Position numbers and translations under genes: made by a program. From Fibrobacteria bacterium (GTDB taxonomy: Bacteria; Fibrobacterota; Fibrobacteria; UBA11236): 49,991 nt of DNA. The DNA lies in contig JBJHDK010000010.1 of NCBI GenBank assembly GCA_050486505.1, positions 1 to 49,991 of the forward strand, in the 5' to 3' direction. Below the pieces are notes generated by a model, which searched no databases, had not been told where the DNA came from, and saw nothing but the letters and a program-made list of their open reading frames with translations. This document shows, piece by piece, positions 1 to 10,656 of this stretch (the first letter of the stretch is position 1; each line of letters starts with the position of its first letter).

Positions 1-144
1 GCCTCCGGCTCTCCCTTTTCTTGTGCGCACTTTTGGGGAAAGGGGTCGATCCGTTCGATTTCAAGGGTTTCCTTGGTGGCCTCATCTTTGGAAACCCTCC
101 GAATGGAATTAACTTTGCCGCTCCCCTTTTTCCCTGTTTTTCGT

Positions 145-221
145 CGGGATGTGGCTCAGTCTGGTAGAGCACTTGCTTCGGGAGCAAGGGGTCGTGGGTT
201 CGAATCCCGCCATCCCGACCA
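145..221 (+). tRNA. tRNA-Pro (anticodon CGG), encoded CCA end
   Basis: Cloverleaf: acceptor CGGGATG/CATCCCG, D arm GCTCAGTCTGGTAGAGC, anticodon arm CTTGC-TTCGGGA-GCAAG, T loop GGTTCGAATCC, 3' ACCA. Confidence 0.97.
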
Positions 222-266
222 CCAAAAGAAAAGAACGGCCGTCAGGCCGTTCTTTTCTTTTGGTGG
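219..266. terminator. Bidirectional intrinsic terminator between tRNA-Pro and thiD
   Basis: Perfect 22-bp inverted repeat CCACCAAAAGAAAAGAACGGCC-gtca-GGCCGTTCTTTTCTTTTGGTGG between convergent genes. Confidence 0.85.
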
Positions 267-324
267 ATGTCGAGGCGAATCATGCTTCGCCCGTACGCGC
301 GTGATGATCGCGATGGCGGGGACA

Positions 325-1122
325 TCATCCCATGAAGTTCAACGGCCCGCTTCCCTTTCCCAGTCCGGGCGCCGATGCGATGCCGTGCGCCACGAACGCC
401 TTGGCATTTATGCACGCGGCCCGCAGGCTTTTACCGCGCGCCAGGTTCGCGGCGATGGCGGAGGCCAACGTGCAGCCGGTTCCATGGATGTTTCCGACGG
501 GAAAGCGTTTGCCACGCAAGGTCGAGAGCCTGCCGTTGTCCCACAACCAGTCGGGGCAGTCGCTTCCGTGCGCATGCCCGCCCTTGAGCAGGATCGCGTA
601 AGGAAGTTTTCCGAGTGATCGCAGGCGCTGTTCCGGCGCGAGGGATGCCGGAAAGGGGCCGAACAACGTGTTGAACTCCGGCAGGTTGGGAGTGACCACG
701 CGGCACCTCGGCAACAGTTTGCGTTTGAATCCGGCGAGCGCCTTCGCGTCCAGCAGAGGAGAGCCCGACGTGGACCCCAGCACGGGATCAAGCACGACGG
801 GTACCCCACGCGCCTCTTTTGAGTTCAACAGCTTCGCCACGCGCTCCATCATCGTCAACGTGCCCAGCGCGCCGATCTTGATCACGTCGGGACGGATGTC
901 CGCGAACAAGGCATTCCACTGTGTTTCGAGGAAGCCGGGGTCGAGTGGTTTTACCGCGGTCACGCCGAGAGTGTTCTGCATCGTGAGCAGCGTCGTGAGA
1001 TTCATGCCATAGACCCCGTGCCGGAGGAATGCCTTGAGGTCGGCCTCCTGTCCGGCGCCCCCGCTGGGGTCTGAGCCTGCGATGGTGAGGGCGACGGGAA
1101 TTTTTCGGGGGGACGCGGGCAC
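325..1122 (-). CDS. thiD: Hydroxymethylpyrimidine/phosphomethylpyrimidine kinase
   Basis: ALTIAGSDPSGGAGQEADLK, IKIGAL, VVLDPV, VTPNLPE, LLKGGH, HGTGCTLASAIAA; GTG start at 1122 after GGAG (ORF track extends to 1194). Confidence 0.93.
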   Translation of the reverse strand: MPASPRKIPVALTIAGSDPSGGAGQEADLKAFLRHGVYGMNLTTLLTMQNTLGVTAVKPLDPGFLETQWNALFADIRPDVIKIGALGTLTMMERVAKLLNSKEARGVPVVLDPVLGSTSGSPLLDAKALAGFKRKLLPRCRVVTPNLPEFNTLFGPFPASLAPEQRLRSLGKLPYAILLKGGHAHGSDCPDWLWDNGRLSTLRGKRFPVGNIHGTGCTLASAIAANLARGKSLRAACINAKAFVAHGIASAPGLGKGSGPLNFMG

Positions 1123-1278
1123 GGTCAGATCTCCGTTGGGGTTTTGGTGTGTTTCACGGCGGGGGCGGTCGGTGAGTGTTCGAAACGGTAACAATCAGTA
1201 AGTTTTCGACGGATCCCGCGCGCCCGGGGCGGGGATTCCTTATGTTTGAAGGGCGGGGCGCAGGGGGAGGAAATCATA

Positions 1279-2919
1279 ATGAAAAGGTCACCACAAGTCG
1301 TAATGGCATTGATCGCCTGCGTGGTTACCGCGGGCTTGGCGGGTTTGTCGTCCGCAGGCACCCTGCCCGCCGCGTCCGTAGGACACGTCGCGTACGACGC
1401 ACCGCGTTCCTTTTATGAGGCGCGCGTCAACCTGGCCGAACCGGAGCGCGCGCGTATTCAGCGGCATCTCGCGGCAGTGGAGACCATGCTCCGAATGCAT
1501 CCGCCCGCGGGCCTTTCGGAGGCGCAATTGCGGAACCGCCTCGCGCGCCTCGATGATTTGCGCGCGTATCGCGAGGCCGGTGAGTTTCCGAAGAACCTCG
1601 ATTTTCCCGATCGCCTGATCCCCTATTTCATCGACGCGGCCGGCGTGCCCTGTGCGGTGGGGCATCTCATCATCGCGTCGGGGCACGCTGATCTCGCCGA
1701 GGACGTGCGCCGCACGCGGAATCATGCCTACATCCGCGAGATCGACGACCCACGCCTCGTGGCGTGGTTGGAGGAGTCCGGCCTGACGGCGGAAGAGGCG
1801 GGGATGATCCAGCCCGGCTACGGGCCGCCCAGCATGACGCTCGTCCAACAGGTTTCCCTGGACGGAACGGGTCGTCCGTGGGTGTTCGGACCGGACAATA
1901 ACAACATCGGATACAGTGCTCTCGGCTATCGGGACGGTTCTCAATGGCGCGTTCACGAGATTTCGATGCACGCGATGGGCACATGGGGGGCTTGTGTGAC
2001 CGGGGCCGGGGAGCCGATGTTGGTCAACGCCCCGGGCGTGGTCTGGAAGGGGCGCACGTTTCATGCCGCTTCGCTCGCAACATCCACGTTTTTTTCTTGT
2101 GCGTGGACTCGCAATGACTCGGATGCCTGGGTGGGCGGTCGCCATGGATTGGTCCGCATGACGCGGATCGGGCAGGATTCGCTCACGCGCACCGACTTCA
2201 ATTCGGCTTTGGTTTCCGATACCGTCACGTTCGTGGCCGTGACTTCCGAGCGTGTTTGGGCGGGGACGCCGCGAGGCGTGTATGCGCGCAACCTCTCGAA
2301 TCCCGGGACGATCGAGGTTTGGGATTCCGTCGCGTCGGATGGCACGGTTGTCACCGGGCTCGCGACCGGACCGGGTGCCGCAGTGTGGGTCGGGATCGAG
2401 GGAGTCGCCCCAAGCTCTGGTTTTCCCCAATTCTCCACCCGGGGAATGTACCGCTTCAACGGCACGACATGGCAGCCCTACCGTGCCGCGACGTCCTCCG
2501 TTTTTGTGCCGGGAGATACGATCCTTGCCCTCGCCGTTCGGGATACGGCATCGGTCTGGATCGCGGTTCGCGACGGATTCTTTCGTTTCGACCCTTCTGC
2601 GGGGGGCGGCCAGAAGGTCGCGGATATCCCCGCCAATACCGCGGTGTATGACCTGGCGGGAAATTCGCAGGAGTTTTATGCGGGAACGGACAAGGGCGTG
2701 TACCACTTCCGCAACGACTCACTGGTGTTTTTGGGCTCGCCTGTGGTTTCCCTGCGTCCCCGAGTGGCCCGAGGGAGGGAATCCCGTCCCGATGCGGGCT
2801 TGCGTTTTCTCCAGGGAGGCGAACCTGTTTCGGGGCAAACGCACACCATCCTGGGTCAGAAAGTCCCGGGAAATCCTGCTCAGGGCATCTACCTTGTCCG
2901 GCCCCCGGCACGGGAATGA
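1279..2919 (+). CDS. Secreted protein: uncharacterised N-terminal domain (PCAVGHL), beta-propeller repeats, C-terminal sorting-like tail
   Basis: GGAGG then ATG at 1279; hydrophobic signal peptide; repeated W-x-G-T/x-x-G-L/V blades (AWVGGRHGL, VWAGTPRGV, FYAGTDKGV); tail TILGQKV...GIYLV. Confidence 0.75.
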   Translation: MKRSPQVVMALIACVVTAGLAGLSSAGTLPAASVGHVAYDAPRSFYEARVNLAEPERARIQRHLAAVETMLRMHPPAGLSEAQLRNRLARLDDLRAYREAGEFPKNLDFPDRLIPYFIDAAGVPCAVGHLIIASGHADLAEDVRRTRNHAYIREIDDPRLVAWLEESGLTAEEAGMIQPGYGPPSMTLVQQVSLDGTGRPWVFGPDNNNIGYSALGYRDGSQWRVHEISMHAMGTWGACVTGAGEPMLVNAPGVVWKGRTFHAASLATSTFFSCAWTRNDSDAWVGGRHGLVRMTRIGQDSLTRTDFNSALVSDTVTFVAVTSERVWAGTPRGVYARNLSNPGTIEVWDSVASDGTVVTGLATGPGAAVWVGIEGVAPSSGFPQFSTRGMYRFNGTTWQPYRAATSSVFVPGDTILALAVRDTASVWIAVRDGFFRFDPSAGGGQKVADIPANTAVYDLAGNSQEFYAGTDKGVYHFRNDSLVFLGSPVVSLRPRVARGRESRPDAGLRFLQGGEPVSGQTHTILGQKVPGNPAQGIYLVRPPARE

Positions 2920-3053
2920 CGGGGAAGGTTCCCCCATTTTTTGTCAAAACGGCCAATGGAGCGAATTCCTCGCTTCATCCCTTGCATTAGAACGATTCTA
3001 ATTTTAGAATGCTTCTAAAATTGATCCCAACATTTCACCAAAGGACATGAAAA

Positions 3054-4016
3054 ATGAGTGACAAGGTCGAAAAAGTGGTCATCATCGGTTCCGGCCCCGC
3101 GGCGCACACAGCCGCCATTTACGCGGGTCGCGCGAATCTCGAACCCTTGATGTTCGAGGGGTTCATGGCCGCGGGCGTGGCCGCGGGCGGGCAGTTGACC
3201 ACCACCACCGAGATCGAGAACTTCCCCGGCTTCAAGTCCATCGGTGGCCCGGAGTTGATGCACCTCATGCGCGAACAGTCCGTGCATTGCGGTGCGCGCA
3301 TCCGCACCGAGACGGTGGCCAAGGTTGATCTTTCGCAGCGGCCGTTCAAGGTTTTTCCCGAGGACGGTGAGCCGGTGCTCGCGCGCACGATCATCCTCGC
3401 GACGGGTGCGACGGCGAAGCGCATGCACGTTCCCGGTGAAGAGAAGCTGTGGCAGGCAGGCATCTCCGCCTGCGCCGTGTGCGACGGCGGTCTGCCCATG
3501 TTCCGAAACAAGGAGATGGTGGTGATCGGCGGTGGTGACACCGCGGTTGAAGAAGCGACCTACCTGACCAAGTTCGCGTCGAAGGTGTTTCTCGTCCACC
3601 GCCGCGACGAGTTGCGCGCCAGCAAGGCGATGCAGCAGCGCGCTTTCAACACGCCGAAGCTGGAGATCATTTGGGACACTGTGCTCGAGGATGTGTACGG
3701 CGACAAGTTCCTCGAGGGCGTGGTATTGAAGAACGTGAAGACCGGCGAGGTGACGAAGAAGCCCGCGGGCGGTTTGTTCTATGCCATCGGGCACACGCCC
3801 AACACAGCCTTCCTCGAAGGCCAGCTCAGGACAGATGAGAGCGGTTATGTCGTCACCAAGCCCGGCACCACGAAGACCAGTGTCGAAGGGGTGTTCGCTG
3901 CGGGCGACGTGCAGGACAAGGTGTACCGCCAGGCGATCACCTCGGCGGGCACGGGCTGCATGGCCGCGCTCGACGCGGAGCACCTGATCGCCGCCGAGGA
4001 TTCGGGCGCGCACTAA
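3054..4016 (+). CDS. trxB: Thioredoxin-disulfide reductase
   Basis: [72 protein letters not shown]. Confidence 0.98.
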   Translation: MSDKVEKVVIIGSGPAAHTAAIYAGRANLEPLMFEGFMAAGVAAGGQLTTTTEIENFPGFKSIGGPELMHLMREQSVHCGARIRTETVAKVDLSQRPFKVFPEDGEPVLARTIILATGATAKRMHVPGEEKLWQAGISACAVCDGGLPMFRNKEMVVIGGGDTAVEEATYLTKFASKVFLVHRRDELRASKAMQQRAFNTPKLEIIWDTVLEDVYGDKFLEGVVLKNVKTGEVTKKPAGGLFYAIGHTPNTAFLEGQLRTDESGYVVTKPGTTKTSVEGVFAAGDVQDKVYRQAITSAGTGCMAALDAEHLIAAEDSGAH

Positions 4017-4037
4017 GTCCTGCGGATCCTGTGAAGC

Positions 4038-4076
4038 AAAAAACCCGCCCCGGAAACGGGAGCGGGTTTTTCTTTT
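4038..4076. terminator. Bidirectional intrinsic terminator
   Basis: AAAAACCCGC-CCCG-gaaa-CGGG-a-GCGGGTTTTT(CTTTT) between convergent trxB and cimA units. Confidence 0.85.
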
Positions 4077-4095
4077 CGCGAATCCCTGAAACCCT

Positions 4096-4328
4096 TCAGT
4101 GCCGCGGCTTTTTCCGCTTGCCTTGCGGCGGCGATGCTGGCGGGTTGCGCAGCCAGCGCGCCACGGAGAGAACGATGAGCGTCCCCCCAAAGAGCACGAA
4201 GGCGATGGGGAAGAGGTTGCCAGTCCCGGCCATTTCCCGCTCGGGGTCCAGCAGCGGCCGTCCTGCGAGCAGAACGATCAGCAGGCCGACGACGAGCCAG
4301 AAGGCGAGGATGGTGGGAGGGGTGCGGG

Positions 4329-4332
<4 letters not shown>
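4096..4332 (-). CDS. Small two-TM membrane protein (78 aa), hypothetical
   Basis: GTG start overlaps cimA stop (GTGA); two hydrophobic stretches (ILAFWLVVGLLIVLLAG, LFPIAFVLFGGTLIVLSVA); basic C-tail. Confidence 0.65.
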
Positions 4333-5924
<1,592 letters not shown>

Positions 5925-5977
5925 GTTCGTTTTTCCGAAAAGTTGAGAGTCCCGTGTCTTCCGGCGTTTTGATCCCT

Positions 5978-6012
5978 GAAAACAAAAAGCCCGCTTGGGT
6001 CAGCGGGCTTTG
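5978..6012 (-). terminator. Attenuator terminator in cimA leader
   Basis: Minus strand AAAGCCCGCT-gaccca-AGCGGGCTTT followed by TTGTTTTC, about 55 nt upstream of cimA ATG. Confidence 0.85.
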
Positions 6013-6032
6013 TCGGGGAACCGGAATATCCC

Positions 6033-6095
6033 TCAAAGGCCGCTGTGCCGCGGGCTGATAATTCGAATGATGAGGTTCCGGTTCCGGAGTGTCAT
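6033..6095 (-). CDS. Ile-rich leader peptide MTLRNRNLIIRIISPRHSGL (cimA attenuator)
   Basis: 20-codon ORF with LIIRII upstream of a terminator; segment CAGCGGCCTTTG (6045-6034) is complementary to the terminator 5' arm CAAAGCCCGCTG; TACATT 6 nt before ATG. Confidence 0.8.
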   Translation of the reverse strand: MTLRNRNLIIRIISPRHSGL

Positions 6096-6143
6096 GGGCA
6101 TAATGTAATCACACCCAGGCACCCGTGTCAGGGCGAGTCCAGG

Positions 6144-6169
6144 GTGTAAGGGCGACCCATGGGTCGCCC

Positions 6170-6175
<6 letters not shown>
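6144..6175. repeat. REP-like perfect 32-bp palindrome
   Basis: GTGTAAGGGCGACCCA|TGGGTCGCCCTTACAC; shares GTARGGGCGAC with the REP next to the RAYT gene; overlaps ilvE stop. Confidence 0.75.
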
Positions 6176-7189
<1,014 letters not shown>

Positions 7190-7656
7190 GATGTCCGGAG
7201 GCTGAAAATGGAAGGAATTTGGCGGGTATCTAGCAATTTTCTCCCCGTAGGGAGAGCATCGGCCCACGAGCATGGATTGGTGTTTTCTTGCACTCGCGGC
7301 TCGCGGAAACTCATAGCATTCGAAGATTTTCGCGGTAGCTTGTGGGGCATGCCGCCACGATGTCGTGGCGCATTGACGGCGGTTTGCAACGAGATGTCTT
7401 TGCCTCGCTTTTCCGGGTCCCTCACGGCACTTGTTCCGTTCCGCTCGTTCGCTGCATTCGGGCAGGCCGCACAGGTTGCTCCTTCCGGGTTTTTGCAACA
7501 AGGGCGGGGTGCGGGAGTTTGGGTGCATCTTGCACACCGAGGTCAAGATTCTACCAATTTCACCTCGAAAACATTGCGAGTTTCGCGGGACTTCGCCGTA
7601 AATTCCCCGAGTTCGTCCGGACGTCGTGAATTCCGGATGTCTGGCGAGGATTCGAT

Positions 7657-9468
7657 ATGAAGCACACGGTCCCCATGTTGTTTGCCTGTCTGCTGCCTTC
7701 CGCGGCCTTGGCACAAGGAACACCCGGCACGGCCGGGGGGCCCATCAACCACAACGATGCACGCGTCCATCCGGGGTTCTCCATGACGAGCCTCGTGCCC
7801 GCCGGGTCGCCTGCCAACTGGCCGCGCGTGGGCGGCATGGACTTTCTACCCAACGGCGACCTGGTCGTGTCCACTTGGGACGGCTTCGGGAATGCGTCGG
7901 GAACGACCCGTCCCGGACGCGTGTTCATCTTCAAGAACGTCGTGACGGGTGATTCCTCTCTGGTCACGTATTCACAGTTCGGGGCCAACAACATGAACGA
8001 GCCGCTCGGCCTGAAGGTGTCGGACGGCGAGATCTACATCATCGAGAAAGATTCGCTGGTCCATCTCGTGGATGCGGACAAGAACCAGGTCCTCGATGCC
8101 AAGCAGCGCGTGGCCGGGGGTTGGAGCCGCACGTTCGGGGACAACAGCGGCAAGGACCTCTCCTTCGCCCACGGCCTCGTGCGCCTGCCCCAGCCCGACG
8201 GTCGCTTCGTCGCGGGGCTCGCGACACGCTGGATCGAGCCCGGTGCCTTCAACGGCGGCCCGAGCAACTCCACCGCCGAGCGCGGCTGCATCATCGGCAT
8301 GTCGCTGACCGGCCCCGGTTACGAACCCATCGCATGCGGTATCCGCAGTCCCGACGGCATCGCGCTGGGACCCGAAGACGGGATTTTCGTCACCGACAAT
8401 CACGGCCATTACGTGCCGGCCTCCAAGATGGTGCACGTGAAGCAGGGGCGCTTTTTCAACGTGTACAAGAACCAGCCCAGCCCCTTCGAAAATGCCACGG
8501 TAACACCTCCCGTCCTTTGGCTGCCGCATGGCAACAACCTTGCCAACATTTCCGTGTCGCCGACCCAGCCCGTTTATCTGCGCTCGGGAACCTTCAAGGG
8601 CCAGATGCTCGCGGGCGACAATGCCTACGGCACCTTGCAGCGTTACTTCCTCGAAAAGGTCGGGGGTGAATACCAAGGTGCGGTCTTTCGCTTCTCCGGA
8701 GGGCTTCGCGCCGCCGCGCATCGCCTCGTGCAGGGACCCGACAGCGCCGTGTACATCGGCGGCATCGGCGCGACCGGCTCGGAGTGGGGCGGATGGGCGT
8801 GGGCCAACCGCCAGGCCGGCTTGCAGCGCATGCAGGAGACGGGTGCACCTTTCTTCGACGTGATCGCGGTGCGCTCGACGGGCGCGGCCAGCTTCGAGCT
8901 GGAATTCACCGAGCCGATCGTCTCGGCAGATGTCGAGAACTTTCCCCAGGTGCAACAGTGGAACTACACGCCGCAGCTCGCCTACGGTGCCGGGCGTGGC
9001 ACAACCCAGAACCTGACCGTGGTCGGCGTCACGGTCAGCGATGACAAGAGGCGCGCCGAGGTTTTCGTCTCCGGGCTTTCCCTGAACCACGTGGTGTTCC
9101 TCCGCTGGAGCGGCATCACCTCCCAGTCGGGGCGTCCGCTGTGGAGCGATCGCGCCTGGTACACCTTGAACGCCTTCGGTCCGGCCGACCCGGTGTCGGT
9201 GCGCGGGTTTCCCGGCGCGCGCGCGCAGCGTGCCGCGTTGCTTGACGCCAAGGCGCTGCCCGATGGGCGCATCGACATCACCGTCACCGGGGGCGCGGCC
9301 GCGCCGTCCGCGGTGCAGATCCGTTCCCTGAACGGCGCCTTGCTCGAGACCGTGCGCCCCGACGGTTCGGGCCGGCTTCTCTCGCGGGCAGTCTACGGGC
9401 CGGGCGTATACCTCGTCACATCTCCGGGCGGAGGCGCGGGATCCGCGCGCCGCGTCGCTGTCCACTGA
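7657..9468 (+). CDS. Secreted beta-propeller protein (sorbosone/PQQ sugar dehydrogenase-like, DUF7133-like) with C-terminal sorting tail
   Basis: Signal peptide (..AALA-Q); GGMDFLPNGDLVVSTW, EPLGL, GIRSPDG, GQMLAGD..YG.LQRYFLEKVGGEYQGAVFRFSGG, GPDSAVYIG, AWYTLN; tail IRSLNGALL...PGVYLV. Confidence 0.75.
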   Translation: MKHTVPMLFACLLPSAALAQGTPGTAGGPINHNDARVHPGFSMTSLVPAGSPANWPRVGGMDFLPNGDLVVSTWDGFGNASGTTRPGRVFIFKNVVTGDSSLVTYSQFGANNMNEPLGLKVSDGEIYIIEKDSLVHLVDADKNQVLDAKQRVAGGWSRTFGDNSGKDLSFAHGLVRLPQPDGRFVAGLATRWIEPGAFNGGPSNSTAERGCIIGMSLTGPGYEPIACGIRSPDGIALGPEDGIFVTDNHGHYVPASKMVHVKQGRFFNVYKNQPSPFENATVTPPVLWLPHGNNLANISVSPTQPVYLRSGTFKGQMLAGDNAYGTLQRYFLEKVGGEYQGAVFRFSGGLRAAAHRLVQGPDSAVYIGGIGATGSEWGGWAWANRQAGLQRMQETGAPFFDVIAVRSTGAASFELEFTEPIVSADVENFPQVQQWNYTPQLAYGAGRGTTQNLTVVGVTVSDDKRRAEVFVSGLSLNHVVFLRWSGITSQSGRPLWSDRAWYTLNAFGPADPVSVRGFPGARAQRAALLDAKALPDGRIDITVTGGAAAPSAVQIRSLNGALLETVRPDGSGRLLSRAVYGPGVYLVTSPGGGAGSARRVAVH

Positions 9469-9506
9469 TCGCGGATTCCGGCGGTTCTTTCGTGAAGGGA
9501 AGATTC

Positions 9507-10622
9507 ATGTTCAGGAGATTGCTCTGTTCGGTGGCGGTTCTCGCCGTCTCCGCCGCGACCCAGGTGCAGTTGCCGTCGGGCGTGAATCTTCCCGCGCCCG
9601 ACGAGGACGGCTGGATCCGGATCTTCAGCGGGTCCCAGGATGCCGACAACTTCTACGTCATCGACGGGACGAACCGCTTCGTACCCGCCCTCGCCCGCAA
9701 AACGTTTCCGAACAACAACCATTTCACCATCACGGGAGACACCATCCGCGTGGCGGGTGCGGGCAAATCGAACGCGCATTTCGTGTTCAAGCAGGAGTTG
9801 TCGCATCACAGGGTTCGCTTCCAGATGCGCTGGCCGGGCAACCTCGGTAATACAGGGATCCTGATGAAGGTACAGGAGCACGATACCACGCAAAGCCAGG
9901 GCTTTCCGCGTTCCATCGAGTTTCAGGGAGACCCCCTCCAGGGAATCGGCCAAATCTGGGCCCTCGGCTCCATCCGCGATCCAGGGGGGCAGATGCGCAA
10001 CGGCGGTACGTGGGTGACGTTCCGCGGGAACACGCGTTCTCATCCCTCCGGCTGGGCGACCTCCGGCTTCTGCTCGGGACAAAACGGCGGACAGATGCCT
10101 TTGGCGGCGCAGTACGACTCCACCGCGGCGGAAATCAATTTCGGGGGCGGGGGGGATCCCTGCAACAATCTCATCGTCGGAGGTCCCGGCTGGCAGTACC
10201 CGCGTCCTCCGGCGATCCATACCGGCACAGCCTGGCGGAGCAACACCGACTGGGTCACCGTCGAAGTGGACACGCGCGGGCACGAGGTGACGACGCACTA
10301 CGTCGAGGGACAGGTGGTGCTGCAGTATCACAGCCCGCGCATCGCTGCCCGCGACAACGCGTTCGCCATCCAGAAAATGCTGACGTCGGGACTCATGGCC
10401 TGGCAGTCCGAAGGCTCCAATGTCTGGTTCCGCAACCTGGAGATCAAGCTGCACCCGGAGGACCCGCTCTACCCGCAGCTGTATCCAAGTTCGGTGCGTC
10501 CGGCTCCGTCCGCGACGGCGGAGGTGGGGGGCGGGAGGCCGCACATTTTGATGGAGCGGGGCTTCCCCGTCATGGTGACGCGCGACGGCAAGCGCGTGTC
10601 CCTGACGGGACGCAGGCTTTGA
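9507..10622 (+). CDS. Secreted DUF1080 (3-keto-disaccharide hydrolase/lyase family) protein
   Basis: Signal peptide from ATG 9507; DGWIRIF, GNTGIL, IEFQ, WVTVEV...HYVEGQVV, GLMAWQSEGSNVWFRNLEIK; short tail ending VSLTGRRL. Confidence 0.8.
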   Translation: MFRRLLCSVAVLAVSAATQVQLPSGVNLPAPDEDGWIRIFSGSQDADNFYVIDGTNRFVPALARKTFPNNNHFTITGDTIRVAGAGKSNAHFVFKQELSHHRVRFQMRWPGNLGNTGILMKVQEHDTTQSQGFPRSIEFQGDPLQGIGQIWALGSIRDPGGQMRNGGTWVTFRGNTRSHPSGWATSGFCSGQNGGQMPLAAQYDSTAAEINFGGGGDPCNNLIVGGPGWQYPRPPAIHTGTAWRSNTDWVTVEVDTRGHEVTTHYVEGQVVLQYHSPRIAARDNAFAIQKMLTSGLMAWQSEGSNVWFRNLEIKLHPEDPLYPQLYPSSVRPAPSATAEVGGGRPHILMERGFPVMVTRDGKRVSLTGRRL

Positions 10623-10656
10623 TGTTTGGTACCGGGCGTTCAATAAGGAGCATGAC

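Noticed and set aside
145..221. tRNA-Pro as integration site of a genomic island
   Set aside because: No duplicated tRNA 3' end or integrase seen; housekeeping thiD follows directly
73..618. 181-aa ORF over the tRNA
   Set aside because: Overlaps the tRNA, the terminator and antisense thiD; no protein-like features
7220..7236. Possible sigma54 GG-N10-GC site (TGGCGGGTATCTAGC)
   Set aside because: Weak match, over 400 nt from the next plus-strand gene, expected by chance at this GC content
7190..7723. N-terminal extension of ilvE in the ORF track
   Set aside because: Family similarity starts at MQLDW (7189); the region is a divergent intergenic gap
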